A DNA stretch of 64,000 nt, from the NCBI GenBank assembly GCA_965249485.1, contig OZ252239.1, positions 3,136,001 to 3,200,000 on the forward strand, in the 5' to 3' direction. Source of the stretch: a bacterium (GTDB taxonomy: Bacteria; SM23-31). The number at the start of each line of letters is the position of its first letter. Position 1 is the first letter of the stretch. Made by a program: the position numbers and the translations under genes. Under the pieces are notes generated by a model. That model ran no database searches. It worked only from the letters and a program-made list of their open reading frames with translations, and was not told the origin of the DNA. Positions 63,922 through 64,000 of this stretch are shown here, in pieces.

Positions 63922-64000
63922 ATAAGAATCACGTGTTTATTTAAATCCATTAGGATAATATACTGACTCACGCATGAGAATGTTTCTTTTTGCCCGAATT

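Noticed and set aside
1..64000. CRISPR arrays, IS elements, integrases, prophage or rRNA genes
   Set aside because: No regularly spaced repeats, no transposase, integrase or phage motifs, and no rRNA sequence seen.

Overview
Core-genome window from a low-GC bacterium. The T9SS/FlgD-type C-terminal domain, archaeal/eukaryotic-type Asd and protein styles suggest the FCB group (e.g. KSB1/Calditrichota-like); this placement is inference only. Bases 1-27.5 kb are a continuous minus-strand translation/transcription supercluster: tRNA-Thr/Tyr/Gly/Thr, tuf, rpmG, tRNA-Trp, secE, nusG, rplKAJL, rpoBC, rpsLG, fusA, a second apparently identical tuf, and the S10/spc genes through partial secY. Upstream lie cysS, gltX, dedA, ispDF, queA, ruvCAB and yebC. 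The accessory part (36.9-64 kb) contains several notable items. There is an HDOD-GGDEF gene split by a 1-nt frameshift, and an unannotated SelW/Rdx selenoprotein (CVQU, in-frame TGA, SECIS-like hairpin). There are TolC and ABC exporter genes and a secreted protein ending in a TWGxIK motif. A promoter-driven, multi-helix ~300-nt leader/ncRNA candidate precedes a TauE/SafE gene. An orphan receiver is divergently paired with a small protein carrying a FliM-like CheY-binding peptide. A thrC-like + sulfur-carrier + lysC-asd operon follows, then BNR beta-propeller proteins and a dnaA without dnaN next to a DnaA-box-containing oriC candidate. The window ends with AlaX and a few hypothetical genes. 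No mobile element, CRISPR array or rRNA was seen.
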